This document shows, piece after piece, positions 10,556-21,225 of a stretch of 64,000 nt of DNA (its first letter is position 1; every line of letters begins with the position of its first letter). A model generated the notes under the pieces. It was not told the DNA's origin, searched no databases, and saw only the letters and a list, made by a program, of their open reading frames with translations. The translations under genes were made by a program, and so were the position numbers. The stretch is taken from the NCBI GenBank assembly GCA_964572155.1, contig CAZNDZ010000002.1:19089-83088 (forward strand), given 5' to 3'. Source of the stretch: an uncultured Planctomycetales bacterium. Lineage in GTDB: Bacteria; Omnitrophota; Gorgyraeia; Zapsychrales; Fredricksoniimonadaceae.

Positions 10556-12582
10556 ACCCGTTTCACCCAGGTTAAGAAAATGCACCATATAAAGAAGCAA
10601 TAAAAGATTAAAAACACACCCATATATAAATAGTTGCCACCCCAAGGTTCAAATTCAAAACGCACATGCGACATACCCTTAGGCAAAACAACACCTTTAA
10701 AAGCATAATTTGCACGGATTAAATGAACAGGCACATCATTTACAAAAACTTTCCAGCTTGGATGATAACTGTCGTTATATACCAAAAATTTGTCTGTCGT
10801 CAAAGATGCCGTCAATTGTAATTGATTGGCATTAAACGCATCAACGCGAATACCTTGATCTTGACTTTCAACAAGCTTGCCTTGTGGCATAATCGAATAC
10901 CATTCAAGAAAATCTTCTAAACGGCTAAACGGTTGCATTTTTATTGTTGGCTCATACAACACAAACTTATGTCTAAAATATTGGTCTAGGTCGACAGAAT
11001 GACCATAGGCCTGCGACAAATCATTGGACCATACTGTTGGATAGCCATAATGCGATGTAATAAAATGATCCGCATCTTTCATGGCAATGATATGCCAATT
11101 ATAAAAACGATAGACATCATTGGGCTTTAAAACATCTGAAGAAGTCTTAGGCCTGACAAAAGCAAACGCTGGTTTTTCTAAAGGAATAGTTACAGCATTC
11201 TTAATAATGGCGGAAGGTTCCATTTGATCGAATTTTTTTGCATGCGTGGTCATAACATTGAACGGCTGAATCAATGCAATTACCACCAAGACCAACTTAA
11301 CAAAGATAATGTTCTTTCCGAAGAATGTTTCCACCCTTTGCCAAACAAAGTTGAAATTTTGTAAAGCCCATAAGATATAAAACAAAATGATAAAAGGAAT
11401 GAGTAAAAAGATATTTCTAAATAACTTAAAGAAATGAATATGATTAAACAAAAACTCATAAACAGGTGATAATCTAGCAATCGCAATTAAAAACAACACA
11501 AAACATACACACGCAAACAACAGCATCTTACGGTTAATTTTTACAAAGAAGCCTAAGAAGACCAACACATGCGCAAGGATTGGCATATAGAATATGCGTT
11601 GATTATCAAAAGCAATTGCATCAAGGGTATAAATGCTCCTTGAAAATTCCAGCATCCGCGCCTTTAACAATGATATTAACGTTGCAAATATGGAATGATC
11701 CCTCATGATTTCAGATATAGGAATCCCTGAATCTTTAACCATATTATAATCAACCGTGGTCGCACGGGCTAAAACAACAAAATCACCTCTCAAAAATATC
11801 CAATTTGCAAAACTAACTCCAATGGCAGCACATAGGGCTAAACCACCAAGCATGGCAATCCATGGACTTACAATCACCCCTCGGTATACTTGCCCAACTG
11901 TTTGATAAAGATTTTTAGGATACAAGATTAATAGGAATGCTAAGATCACAAGCGACGTCGTTAGAAAATAAAATGGTATATATGTTGTCATGATCAACAT
12001 AAACAGAAAGATCATCCACATAAGACGAGACGTCTTTTGTGTTTGAATATAATCCATTAGCAGGAAATAAAACCAAATCGATGGGACAACAATGAGTATC
12101 AAGGTGACTTGCGTAAACACCGTCATGGAATACCCAGAAAAAAGAAATAACAGAAAACCTAAATACGCTAAGAATGAATTCTTGATTAATCGATGCAGTA
12201 AAAAATACACACCCAACGCGCCAAACATCAAATACAACACAATTGTCCATATAAAACTATGATAGAAATTCACACCCAACTTATTTAATAACAAGGTGAT
12301 TACCCACAACGGATTATATTCACCAACTTGACAGACATGCCCCATGCCCCAATGAACAAAAGGATTCCAATGGGCAAAAACACCAACCATTAAATTAGAT
12401 AGAAAATATTTTACAACAGCGTATACAGCAAAAGTATCTTCACTGACAAATACATCACCCAACAAAAAACCTCTATAAATAAAACACCATAAAGCAATTG
12501 GAAGAGCGAACTTGAAGGTAGATTTAACGCGGGATAATAAAGGCATGAATGAAAACCACGATGACCCTATTTTGACGGCCAA
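10552..12582 (-). CDS. YfhO-like GT-C family membrane protein (polytopic N-terminus, soluble C-terminal domain, C-terminal TM)
   Basis: About 12 TM helices in the first 440 aa. The C-terminal region (YHPSWKVFVNDVPVHLIRANYAFKGVVLPKGMSHVRFEFEP) matches the YfhO-family C-terminus. Acidic SED motif after TM1. Confidence 0.5.
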   Translation of the reverse strand: MAVKIGSSWFSFMPLLSRVKSTFKFALPIALWCFIYRGFLLGDVFVSEDTFAVYAVVKYFLSNLMVGVFAHWNPFVHWGMGHVCQVGEYNPLWVITLLLNKLGVNFYHSFIWTIVLYLMFGALGVYFLLHRLIKNSFLAYLGFLLFLFSGYSMTVFTQVTLILIVVPSIWFYFLLMDYIQTQKTSRLMWMIFLFMLIMTTYIPFYFLTTSLVILAFLLILYPKNLYQTVGQVYRGVIVSPWIAMLGGLALCAAIGVSFANWIFLRGDFVVLARATTVDYNMVKDSGIPISEIMRDHSIFATLISLLKARMLEFSRSIYTLDAIAFDNQRIFYMPILAHVLVFLGFFVKINRKMLLFACVCFVLFLIAIARLSPVYEFLFNHIHFFKLFRNIFLLIPFIILFYILWALQNFNFVWQRVETFFGKNIIFVKLVLVVIALIQPFNVMTTHAKKFDQMEPSAIIKNAVTIPLEKPAFAFVRPKTSSDVLKPNDVYRFYNWHIIAMKDADHFITSHYGYPTVWSNDLSQAYGHSVDLDQYFRHKFVLYEPTIKMQPFSRLEDFLEWYSIMPQGKLVESQDQGIRVDAFNANQLQLTASLTTDKFLVYNDSYHPSWKVFVNDVPVHLIRANYAFKGVVLPKGMSHVRFEFEPWGGNYLYMGVFLIFYCFFIWCIFLTWVKRV

Positions 12583-13283
12583 TAAATGTCTCGAGTTAAT
12601 ACAATGATGGTTGTCAAAACTGCTTTAATGCTTTTAAAACTTAATGCTTTGGACTTATCGTGCTTACGACCTACGTGTTCAAAATAAATTGTTTTATAAT
12701 TATGGTCAGCTCTTAGCAAACGGATGATACATTCTGCCAAAGCGGCCAATCCTGTTGACTTAATCGGGATTGACTGCAAGAGATCACGGCGGCAAATAAA
12801 AGCGCCATTATAATATTTTAACTTTAATCCAAAGATCACATTCATCAATCCAACAAACATCCATGATAAGAAACGGCGCAACAAGGATCGTCGGTTGGTT
12901 TTTTTCATGTATGAAATAACAATGTCTGCTTGCCCGCGCGCTAGGATCAAGTCCTTCAAGGATTGTGCGGCCATATCATTATCACCAGGAAAAACTGTCA
13001 CAAAGTCCTTCGTTGACATTTTAACGCCACGGGAAAAAGAATACCCAAAACCTTGATTAGATGCATTGACTGCAACCCGAATATTAGCATTGCCCTCTGC
13101 TTTGATCCTTGCAAAATCACCCGTTTTATCCGGACTTCCGTCATCAACAACAATGATTTCATAATCCTGAACCAAAGAAGATACAGCAGCAACCGCATTA
13201 TCAATAGCGGCTTCTATATTATCCTCTTCCCTAAATGCAGGGATAATCACGCTGACACTTTTATGGTTGGACTTATTGGACAT
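12567..13283 (-). CDS. GT2 glycosyltransferase, polyprenyl-phosphate sugar synthase type (GtrB/CsbB/ArnC/DPM1-like)
   Basis: SVIIPAFREEDNI, IIVVDDGSPD, DGDN-like FPGDNDM, and C-terminal TM helices, as in GtrB/ArnC. Confidence 0.75.
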   Translation of the reverse strand: MSNKSNHKSVSVIIPAFREEDNIEAAIDNAVAAVSSLVQDYEIIVVDDGSPDKTGDFARIKAEGNANIRVAVNASNQGFGYSFSRGVKMSTKDFVTVFPGDNDMAAQSLKDLILARGQADIVISYMKKTNRRSLLRRFLSWMFVGLMNVIFGLKLKYYNGAFICRRDLLQSIPIKSTGLAALAECIIRLLRADHNYKTIYFEHVGRKHDKSKALSFKSIKAVLTTIIVLTRDIYWPSK

Positions 13284-14328
13284 TTTTTGTTTTTAGGATA
13301 ATACGCCCTGCTTCACCTTGCGCAAGAACGCTAAATGCTTGATTGATATCTTCTAAGTTAAAACGATGTGTGATCATTTTATCAAAAGGTAAAACCCCTT
13401 GTTTAAAACTACGGGTGTATTTGGGGATATCTCGATCTGGCAACGATTCACCACCCCATGTTCCAACAATGCGCTTGCCCTTGATTAGATCAAAAGGATG
13501 CAATGAAATTTTTTCATCTTTGCTTAAATTACCTGCAATGACACAAATACCTGTCTTCTCTTTAATGGCACTAAATGCATTTTCCATGGCGAGCTTATTA
13601 CCAGAGGCATCAACCGTATAATCAACACCACCTGGAACAATGGCGGCTATTTGCTGTAATAAATCAGGACTTTTGGCATTTAAGAAATGTGTCGCTCCTA
13701 AACGCTTCGCAAAATCTAATTTCTTTTGTTCAATATCAATGGCTATGATTGTTTTAACACCCCGACGCTTCGCCCCTAACACAACACTTAATCCAATACC
13801 TCCAACACCAAAAACAGCCACCGATGAACCCTTGGCAGCATTAACGGTATTTTCCATAATACCGCATCCTGTTAAGATGGCGCAACCTAAGATCGATGCC
13901 ACATCAGGCCTAATGGACTTTGAAATCTTGGTCACACGATTTTCTGAAACAACCGTTAAATCTGCAAATGTAGTAACCCCTCCAGCATTAATTGTCTTAC
14001 CATTCAACAAATATTGACTGTTGATTCCATCTAAACCTTCCCCTTTAATCCATGAAAGGCAGACATAATCACCCTTTTTAACTTTTGTAATCCCTGCGCC
14101 ACAATCAACAACAATCCCAGATGCTTCATGACCAAGTAAATGAGGCAAGAATTTATCAGGTCCTTTTAAACCTATCATCTCATTGTATTGAGCACGACAT
14201 ATGCCGGTATACAAAACGGAGACTAAGACTTGACCTTTTTTAAGGCGAGGGATTTCAACATCATCAATAACAAGAGGCTTATGAAGTTCCCAGAGGATGG
14301 CCGCGCGTGTTTTCATGGGATAAACCAA
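13273..14328 (-). CDS. Zn-dependent alcohol dehydrogenase (MDR family)
   Basis: GHEASGIVV zinc site, structural-zinc region, GVGGIGLSVV NAD Rossmann motif. Confidence 0.8.
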   Translation of the reverse strand: MVYPMKTRAAILWELHKPLVIDDVEIPRLKKGQVLVSVLYTGICRAQYNEMIGLKGPDKFLPHLLGHEASGIVVDCGAGITKVKKGDYVCLSWIKGEGLDGINSQYLLNGKTINAGGVTTFADLTVVSENRVTKISKSIRPDVASILGCAILTGCGIMENTVNAAKGSSVAVFGVGGIGLSVVLGAKRRGVKTIIAIDIEQKKLDFAKRLGATHFLNAKSPDLLQQIAAIVPGGVDYTVDASGNKLAMENAFSAIKEKTGICVIAGNLSKDEKISLHPFDLIKGKRIVGTWGGESLPDRDIPKYTRSFKQGVLPFDKMITHRFNLEDINQAFSVLAQGEAGRIILKTKNVQ

Positions 14329-14969
14329 TAAAAATCGCCGGTGTAATTTACTTCTTTAAATAAAGCTTTCCAAGCATCAACGTGCATATAAGTTAGCGCC
14401 GTTAAATTCCATGCATCCATACGCTCTTTTTCTTCAGGAGTTCTATACGCATCCATCGTCACAAAAGAACCCTTCTTAGCAACACGTTGAATTTCACGAA
14501 GAGATTGCTTACAGTCTTCGGGTGGCAAATTATGTATGGTGTTGATCGATATCACCACATCAAAACTTTTATCAGCAAATGGCAATTTCTTGGCATCACC
14601 TACTTGAACAAATGGCTTGATGGATTCAATAGTATTTTCAATGGCATACGTTGAGATATCAATGCCACGCACTTTAATGCCAGGGACAGCTAAGGTTAAA
14701 TCATATAACATAAAACCTTTACCACTACCCACATCAAGCACTGTACTATCCTTGGTTAAACCAAAATGCTGGATAAAGGTTGGCATAACGGGTTGCCAAA
14801 ATCTTGGATTATAGCTATACCCACCATAACCATACTTTCGGTCACCATCAAAATATTCTTTTCCAAATTGTCGGCCGATACGACGATCTTCTTCGGTCTT
14901 TTCTTGACCACGCTCAAAAACTTTACGATTTGCTTTCGGATAATTTACTAAGAGATCAATTTCAGCCAT
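14313..14969 (-). CDS. Class I SAM-dependent methyltransferase
   Basis: Motif I VLDVGSGKGFMLYDL; typical post-I acidic residue and motif II. Confidence 0.7.
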   Translation of the reverse strand: MAEIDLLVNYPKANRKVFERGQEKTEEDRRIGRQFGKEYFDGDRKYGYGGYSYNPRFWQPVMPTFIQHFGLTKDSTVLDVGSGKGFMLYDLTLAVPGIKVRGIDISTYAIENTIESIKPFVQVGDAKKLPFADKSFDVVISINTIHNLPPEDCKQSLREIQRVAKKGSFVTMDAYRTPEEKERMDAWNLTALTYMHVDAWKALFKEVNYTGDFYWFIP

Positions 14970-16726
14970 TATGCAGACACCTTCATGATTGCTAATAATT
15001 CAGCCGTAGGGATTTTAGGATTTAAGTCTTCTAAACCAGAACCAAATTTAAGCATAGGTTCAATTTTTTGATCTGGATCAATCATCAAATCACAAACAAC
15101 AGGACCTTGCATGGCTAAAACTTTTTGTATGCCAGAAACCAACTCCTGATGATTGGCAATGCGTATGGCCGGTATGCCAAATGCTTCTGCAGTCTTAACA
15201 AAGTCAGGAAAGCTTAACCCAGTCTTTTGATCTACCGCCGCATAATTAGAATTAAGCCACGTATCGATTGTTTGCTTTTGAATGGCATGCCCATCATTAC
15301 TAAAAATAAAAACTTTAACATTCATATTGTATCGACGGATCGTTGCCAATTCTTCTATGTTCATCATCAAACCACCGTCACCCGTCAAGCATAAAACACG
15401 CGAAGCGCCAGCACAAATGGCACCAACACTAGCTGAGAGCGCATATCCCATGGGCGTATGATTCCATGCTGAAAAAATACGTTGACCCAACTTCATTTCA
15501 ATCGCTTGCAAGGTCCAAGATATATTAGCCCCTGTATCGGTTACATAGACATCTGTATTAACAGAAGCCTTAGAGATTTCCTTAACAAAAACATGCCCAT
15601 CAACAAAATCTTTTCTGTCATACTTTGATGGTGGACAAATTGGATACTGCTTGGCCCATTCTTGAATTTGATTTCTCCAGGCAACATAACGATCTTGATT
15701 CCCGTCACACAAAGAAATCAATAATTTAAAGAACAATGGTAATGGTGACTGAACACCCAAATCTAAACGAAAATCATTTTGAGTAAACTTACTTAACTCG
15801 TGTGGGTCTATATCTATTAAAACTTTTTTTGCCTTTGGTGCGAATAACGTAGTCTTACCACCTGTAATCATTTGAGATAATCTTGTTCCAGCACCAATGA
15901 TTAAATCTGCATTTTGCGCTGCAAAATTTCCTGAGCGTGGACCAACCACACCTAAGCCACCCATATTTAGCGGGTCATCATAAGCCATGATGTCTTTGCC
16001 GCCCCATGTCAATAAAATTGGTATGCCTAGTTTACGTGCAAAATTTAATACAGGATCTATCGCACCTGCAATACGAACGCCTGCTCCTAAAACAAGGACT
16101 GGTCTTTTTGCATCTTTGATCCATCCAATCAATTGGGTTGCTTGCTCACTACATTCTGGATAATGATCTTTTGCTGGCACAGGAAATTCACGCAATTGGC
16201 TGACATCAATGTCCATGCGTTGCAAATCATCAGGTATGTCAATCACAACTGGACCTGGTCGATCATGTGTTGCAATATATAACGCTTTTTGTAATTCATA
16301 CTTAATGTCATATGGATCCATCACGCGAACAGAATACTTTGTAATAGATGAGAACAATGAAACAACATCAGTTTCTTGAAAACCTTTTTGACGCAACTTT
16401 TCACTAGGGCGCAACCGCGGCGTTGTAACTTGACCACAAATAAATAAACAGGGAATAGAATCAAAATACGCATTGCAAATGCTGGTCGTTAAATTTGTGG
16501 CACCTGGGCCGGATGTGACCATGACAGTACCAACTTTACCACTAATACGCGAATAGGCATCCGCTGCTGCACCACCAGCTTGTTCGTGCTGAACACAGAT
16601 ATAATCCATATCTTTGTGTCGAGCCACAGCGTCTATTGAGTGAATAATGGCGCCGCCAGAGACTACAAAAACATGTTTGATCTCATGACCATGTAAAAAT
16701 TGTGCGATATAATCCGCTAATTTCAT
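14969..16726 (-). CDS. Thiamine-diphosphate enzyme of the acetolactate-synthase/YerE type (TPP + FAD-like middle domain)
   Basis: N-terminal TPP_enzyme_N (HVFVVSGGAIIHSID), central domain, and C-terminal TPP binding motif GDGGLMMNIEELATI...N. Confidence 0.8.
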   Translation of the reverse strand: MKLADYIAQFLHGHEIKHVFVVSGGAIIHSIDAVARHKDMDYICVQHEQAGGAAADAYSRISGKVGTVMVTSGPGATNLTTSICNAYFDSIPCLFICGQVTTPRLRPSEKLRQKGFQETDVVSLFSSITKYSVRVMDPYDIKYELQKALYIATHDRPGPVVIDIPDDLQRMDIDVSQLREFPVPAKDHYPECSEQATQLIGWIKDAKRPVLVLGAGVRIAGAIDPVLNFARKLGIPILLTWGGKDIMAYDDPLNMGGLGVVGPRSGNFAAQNADLIIGAGTRLSQMITGGKTTLFAPKAKKVLIDIDPHELSKFTQNDFRLDLGVQSPLPLFFKLLISLCDGNQDRYVAWRNQIQEWAKQYPICPPSKYDRKDFVDGHVFVKEISKASVNTDVYVTDTGANISWTLQAIEMKLGQRIFSAWNHTPMGYALSASVGAICAGASRVLCLTGDGGLMMNIEELATIRRYNMNVKVFIFSNDGHAIQKQTIDTWLNSNYAAVDQKTGLSFPDFVKTAEAFGIPAIRIANHQELVSGIQKVLAMQGPVVCDLMIDPDQKIEPMLKFGSGLEDLNPKIPTAELLAIMKVSA

Positions 16727-17400
16727 TTAACCCCCACACCCATACCAAAAATATAGTGGCACATTGGTGCAAAACCTGTGGTTAAGACTTCATCATTCAT
16801 GCCAAACATAAACACACGTTTAAAATATTTGCTCATTAAGGCATTGAGTGATTTCTGGCTATGTAAATTGATGTGCTGAACGCGACTACGTTCTGACGCA
16901 TAATCATTGGCTGTGATATTTGGGGTCCCAATGATACAAACACCATCTTTTTTAAGAATCTTGGCTTGGGATTCAACAAAGGGATCATTTAAATGATTAT
17001 CTAAATGTTCAATAACATCAATCGAATAAGCCCCGTCGAATTTCTCTTTTGGTAATTTCAAATCTTGTATGGTGCCGCATTTAAATTCAATGTTTTTTAA
17101 CTTTGCCAAACGTTTCTTATTACTTTCGATATGCCTGGCATCTGGTTCAATCGCCAAAACATTTTTAACATGTTGAGCAACAATGGGCGTTCCAAAAGCA
17201 TCCCCACAACCAACTTCAATGGCTGAATCAAAACCATCAAACATTTTCGCAGGAAATTTATAACGGGCCAACACAAAACCCAAATGCTTTGGGTCATGTA
17301 AGAGGCTATATGATGTCCATGGACCTAATTCTACTGAGTCAATAAACTGATAATCTGTACCTAAATGATATGCTTCTTCTTGAGTAATTTTTTTAGCCAT
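16723..17400 (-). CDS. Class I SAM-dependent methyltransferase
   Basis: Motif I IEVGCGDAFGTPIVA; acidic IEPD. Confidence 0.7.
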   Translation of the reverse strand: MAKKITQEEAYHLGTDYQFIDSVELGPWTSYSLLHDPKHLGFVLARYKFPAKMFDGFDSAIEVGCGDAFGTPIVAQHVKNVLAIEPDARHIESNKKRLAKLKNIEFKCGTIQDLKLPKEKFDGAYSIDVIEHLDNHLNDPFVESQAKILKKDGVCIIGTPNITANDYASERSRVQHINLHSQKSLNALMSKYFKRVFMFGMNDEVLTTGFAPMCHYIFGMGVGVK

Positions 17401-17412
17401 ATCCTCTGCTTT

Positions 17413-18225
17413 CTATTTTAAAAATGCATTCCCAGATCTGCGCAATTTATACATATCTTGATTTCTTTTCAAAGCATTAACTAACTTGGCTCGTTTATCT
17501 TTTTTCCAAGGGTCGTAAACGATAGAAAAATTTCTGCCAGACACAACACTCTTACCCTGAGCACGAAACCATTCGATGCTTTCGTAAATATCACTTAGCG
17601 GCGTACCTTGTTTGCTCTTTAAAAAATCTTTGGTTTCAATAACCTTAAGCTTAGCCGTACGTTTATCATTTAGAATGGTATTGTGTATTTTAGTTTTTGT
17701 CCAGCCTGGACCAACAATAAATATATTCAAATCCTTATTCTCTGCATCTAAGAACTCACACATCTTAGCTAATAATATTTTAGAAACGGTATAGGCAGAG
17801 AAATTCTTAACCGCTCCATTCATACCACCACCAGCAAAAAGCACCACATCTGAAGTTTTCTTTTGACGGTATGGGTGTAAAACATGCAAGGCACGTAATT
17901 GAGCTAAACAATTAGTATTTACTGACGATTGCCATTCATCAAAATCCGCATCAAAGAACGGAACAACAGGCAATGGATGACCCACACAAGATATAAAAAC
18001 ATCCCATCGCAATTTTCGTTGTTTAAAGAAAGAACCTAAAGCAATAATATCTTTTGATTTTGAAACATCGCACTGTATTAAGGTGCAGTGTTTATGATTT
18101 TTAATTGCTGCTAAATTACCTTGGCTTCGATACGTACCAATAACCTTAAAACCATCTGCTAAATAACGCTTGGCCATATCTAGGCCGATATCACTGCTAA
18201 TCGATAAAATAAAAACAGTGCGCAT
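17413..18225 (-). CDS. Short-chain dehydrogenase/reductase-like protein (divergent)
   Basis: Degenerate glycine-rich N-terminus (ILSISSDIG), YTVSK (YxxxK) catalytic pair, overall SDR length. Confidence 0.5.
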   Translation of the reverse strand: MRTVFILSISSDIGLDMAKRYLADGFKVIGTYRSQGNLAAIKNHKHCTLIQCDVSKSKDIIALGSFFKQRKLRWDVFISCVGHPLPVVPFFDADFDEWQSSVNTNCLAQLRALHVLHPYRQKKTSDVVLFAGGGMNGAVKNFSAYTVSKILLAKMCEFLDAENKDLNIFIVGPGWTKTKIHNTILNDKRTAKLKVIETKDFLKSKQGTPLSDIYESIEWFRAQGKSVVSGRNFSIVYDPWKKDKRAKLVNALKRNQDMYKLRRSGNAFLK

Positions 18226-19256
18226 TAGTAGGGCCCGACAAAGGTGTCGACTATTTTTTCTTTGAAATCAAATTTATCTTTACGCTCTAACAGCTCGTAT
18301 GCCGTTGCTATGATGGTTTCAAAGTTAGGATAAAAAGCTTCTTCCAAAGGCTTTGAAACTGGGCACGGTGATTCTGGCCATGTGATGCGCTTAACGGGTG
18401 CTTTTAAATACTCAAACGCTTTATCTGCAACAACCGCGGCAACTTCTGACGCAAAACTACAGCGTAACCAGCTGGTATCAGCGACGATCAATTTGCCTGT
18501 TTTTTGCACGGATTGAATGATGGTTTTCTCATCTAAAGGATTAATGGTGATCGGATCAATGACTTCGACGCTAATCCCAACTTTTTCTAATTGTTCTGCG
18601 GCTTTCAAAGCTTGGCTCACCATCCATGATGTCGCCACAATGGTTAAATCTTTTCCAACACGTGCAATGCGTGCTTGTCCAAAGGGAACGGTGTAATAAT
18701 CTTGCGGCACATCCATTTTAATATCATATAAGGAACGATGTTCCAAGATAACGACAGGCGAATCTGACTTTAGTGACTGTAAAATGATGCCTTTGATATC
18801 ACAGGCATTGCTTGGCATGGCAACGATCATGCCTGGAAAATGCGCTAACACAGACTGAATACTTTGAGAATGCGTTGGGCCTTGCCCCCACCCTTTACCA
18901 ATTATGCCACGCACGACGATCGGCACCACAGATTTTCCAGCGTAGGTGTATTTCCATTTTGCAGCATTGTTGATCATCTGATCCAAAGCCAAAAACATAA
19001 AATCATTACGTGCATGCACAAGCACTGGGCGTTTTTTATTTAGCGCAGCACCGATCGCAACACCTGTTAAAGCATTTTCAGATGCTGGTGTATCAAAAAC
19101 ACGGGCATTACCAAATTTTAAGAACGCGTCGCGTGTCGTATTAAAAATGCCTTTGTAATCATCGACACCAAGACCAAAGATAAAAACATTGGGATCCTTA
19201 TCCATGCCTTGGCATAACGCTTCACTAATTGCTTGTCCGTATGTGATTTCACGCAT
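18225..19256 (-). CDS. TPP-dependent dehydrogenase E1 component, beta subunit (transketolase-like pyrimidine-binding + C-terminal domain)
   Basis: REITYGQAISEAL...FIFGLGV matches the E1 beta pattern. Confidence 0.8.
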   Translation of the reverse strand: MREITYGQAISEALCQGMDKDPNVFIFGLGVDDYKGIFNTTRDAFLKFGNARVFDTPASENALTGVAIGAALNKKRPVLVHARNDFMFLALDQMINNAAKWKYTYAGKSVVPIVVRGIIGKGWGQGPTHSQSIQSVLAHFPGMIVAMPSNACDIKGIILQSLKSDSPVVILEHRSLYDIKMDVPQDYYTVPFGQARIARVGKDLTIVATSWMVSQALKAAEQLEKVGISVEVIDPITINPLDEKTIIQSVQKTGKLIVADTSWLRCSFASEVAAVVADKAFEYLKAPVKRITWPESPCPVSKPLEEAFYPNFETIIATAYELLERKDKFDFKEKIVDTFVGPY

Positions 19257-19258
19257 GA

Positions 19259-20215
19259 TTAATATACCGATCTAAGTAGTTCTGAAGTTTCTGGCCAAGG
19301 TGCAGATAAAGCCAATGCATAGGCTTCATCAGATCGCTTGATCCATTTTTGATTAAGTGCATCTACATCTGCTTGGGATAACACTTTTTCCTTAACTAAT
19401 TTTTCACTGTATCGCTTGATTGGGCAACGCGACATCCACAATTCAACTTCGTCCTTGGTGCGGTAGCCTCGATCATAATCAAACAATGGCCCAACATGCT
19501 CACGAAAACGATAGGTTAAACATTCAACAAATTGCGGTGTCTGAGTCTTGCGAATTTCTTCAATGACTTTGCTAAGTGTCTGAAATACCATTTCTACATC
19601 ATTGCCATCAATTTGGGTTGTTTTTAAATCTGCAGAAGCAAGACGTTGATAAATCGGCGATGACGGTTGACGCACACTTAATGGCGAATGCGTTGAATAC
19701 AAATTATTTTCACAAAGAAACAGCACTGGGAGTTTCTTAGCTAAGGCAAAATTTAATGTTTCAGGAAAAACCCCTTCTTCAATCGTGGCATCTCCAAAAA
19801 TAGAAACTGCCACATTGTCTTTCTTATCCATTTTAAAAGATAATGCCGCGCCAGCAGCAACAGGGATCATGGCACCCAAAATTGGTGATGAATAAACATG
19901 CACCGACGGATCTGTCAAATGCGCTGAACCAGCCCTGCCACGAGAAACACCGGTGACACGACCGCATAATTCTGCAAAAAATCCATTAAAGTCCCCACCT
20001 TTAGCCAAATAGGCGGCATGACATCTGTGACCTGTAAAAACTTGATCCTCTTGTCTTAATGCCAGCGATAACCCAGCCGACACTGCTTCTTGCCCAATCG
20101 ACAAATGTGTTGGGGTCTTCATCATCTGTTCTTTGGCATAAACAGCAACGATCTTTTCTTCGGCTTGCCGAATCTTGATCATACCTTCTAATAATTCTTT
20201 TTTAGGAATGCTCAT
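19259..20215 (-). CDS. TPP-dependent dehydrogenase E1 component, alpha subunit
   Basis: LSIGQEAVSAG, GHR.HAAYLAKGG, GDATIEEG TPP motif. No E2 or E3 gene anywhere in the window. Confidence 0.8.
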   Translation of the reverse strand: MSIPKKELLEGMIKIRQAEEKIVAVYAKEQMMKTPTHLSIGQEAVSAGLSLALRQEDQVFTGHRCHAAYLAKGGDFNGFFAELCGRVTGVSRGRAGSAHLTDPSVHVYSSPILGAMIPVAAGAALSFKMDKKDNVAVSIFGDATIEEGVFPETLNFALAKKLPVLFLCENNLYSTHSPLSVRQPSSPIYQRLASADLKTTQIDGNDVEMVFQTLSKVIEEIRKTQTPQFVECLTYRFREHVGPLFDYDRGYRTKDEVELWMSRCPIKRYSEKLVKEKVLSQADVDALNQKWIKRSDEAYALALSAPWPETSELLRSVY

Positions 20216-21225
20216 TGTAAATTAACCGCTTGCATGGTTTTGATATTGTAATATTTATTATCGGTCATAGAATTAGGCACCTTACCTGCTTCAAATGCCT
20301 TGCGTAAATCGATGACAGCATCGGCAATCGTGTGCTTTGGCTTAAACCCTAACTCTTTTTGAATCTTTTCTGAAGAAATATGATACGAACGATTGTCGTT
20401 TGTTGGTTCAACAACAATTTCTATGGATGGTCGATTTAGATTATCTTTGACCATATGCGCAATTTGACTGACAGAATGATTTTCATAACCCGCATTAAAA
20501 ATCTTTCCGGCAATTTTTTCTGCTGGGTATTTTAGCGTCTCAATATATAAATCCGTCATGTCTTCAATGTGCAAATTAGGACGTTTTTGATCGCCACCAA
20601 ATACTTTGATGCGATTATTATTGATCGCATGATTGGTTAAAATATTAACAGTCAAATCCAAACGTAAACGTGGTGAATAGCCACACACTGTGGCTGGGCG
20701 TAAAACGAGCACAGTAAAATCTTTGGTCTGCGCTTTTAATAAGACATCCTCACATAAAGCTTTATATTTCGAGTAATCCGTCAAAGGTTCAAGCGGTAAA
20801 TCCTCCGTCACATTTGGCGTCTCCTTGACACCATAAACACTTGAACTCGACGCATAAATAAAACGCTGAACTTTATTTTTCTTGGAAATATCAACCAAAG
20901 GAATAAACGCATCATAATTAATGGTTTTAGCTAAATTGGGATTTAATTCATAACTTGGATCATTTGAGATGCAAGCTAAATGAATCACGGCATCTGTACC
21001 TGGAATTTCTTTTTCTAACAAGGCAACATCACGAATATCACCTTTAACGCAGGTCAATTGCTTATTATTCTTAACACCGTCGAAAACATCTGTACCGTAT
21101 AGGAACAAATCCAAAACTTTAACATTATAACCCGCTGCTAATAATTTTGGAATTAACACAGCGCCCACATAACCTGCCCCACCTGTAACAAAAACATTTT
21201 TTATCATGAGAGATACTCCTTGCAC
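20212..21225 (-). CDS. NAD-dependent nucleotide-sugar epimerase/dehydratase (extended SDR)
   Basis: VFVTGGAGYVGAVL, YSKYK. Confidence 0.8.
   Translation of the reverse strand: MQGVSLMIKNVFVTGGAGYVGAVLIPKLLAAGYNVKVLDLFLYGTDVFDGVKNNKQLTCVKGDIRDVALLEKEIPGTDAVIHLACISNDPSYELNPNLAKTINYDAFIPLVDISKKNKVQRFIYASSSSVYGVKETPNVTEDLPLEPLTDYSKYKALCEDVLLKAQTKDFTVLVLRPATVCGYSPRLRLDLTVNILTNHAINNNRIKVFGGDQKRPNLHIEDMTDLYIETLKYPAEKIAGKIFNAGYENHSVSQIAHMVKDNLNRPSIEIVVEPTNDNRSYHISSEKIQKELGFKPKHTIADAVIDLRKAFEAGKVPNSMTDNKYYNIKTMQAVNLQ

Noticed and set aside
18225-20215. E1 alpha/beta as a normal pyruvate/acetoin dehydrogenase complex
   Set aside because: No E2 (lipoyl acyltransferase) or E3 gene follows. The pair is embedded among sugar-tailoring genes, so a stand-alone role is more parsimonious, though unproven.
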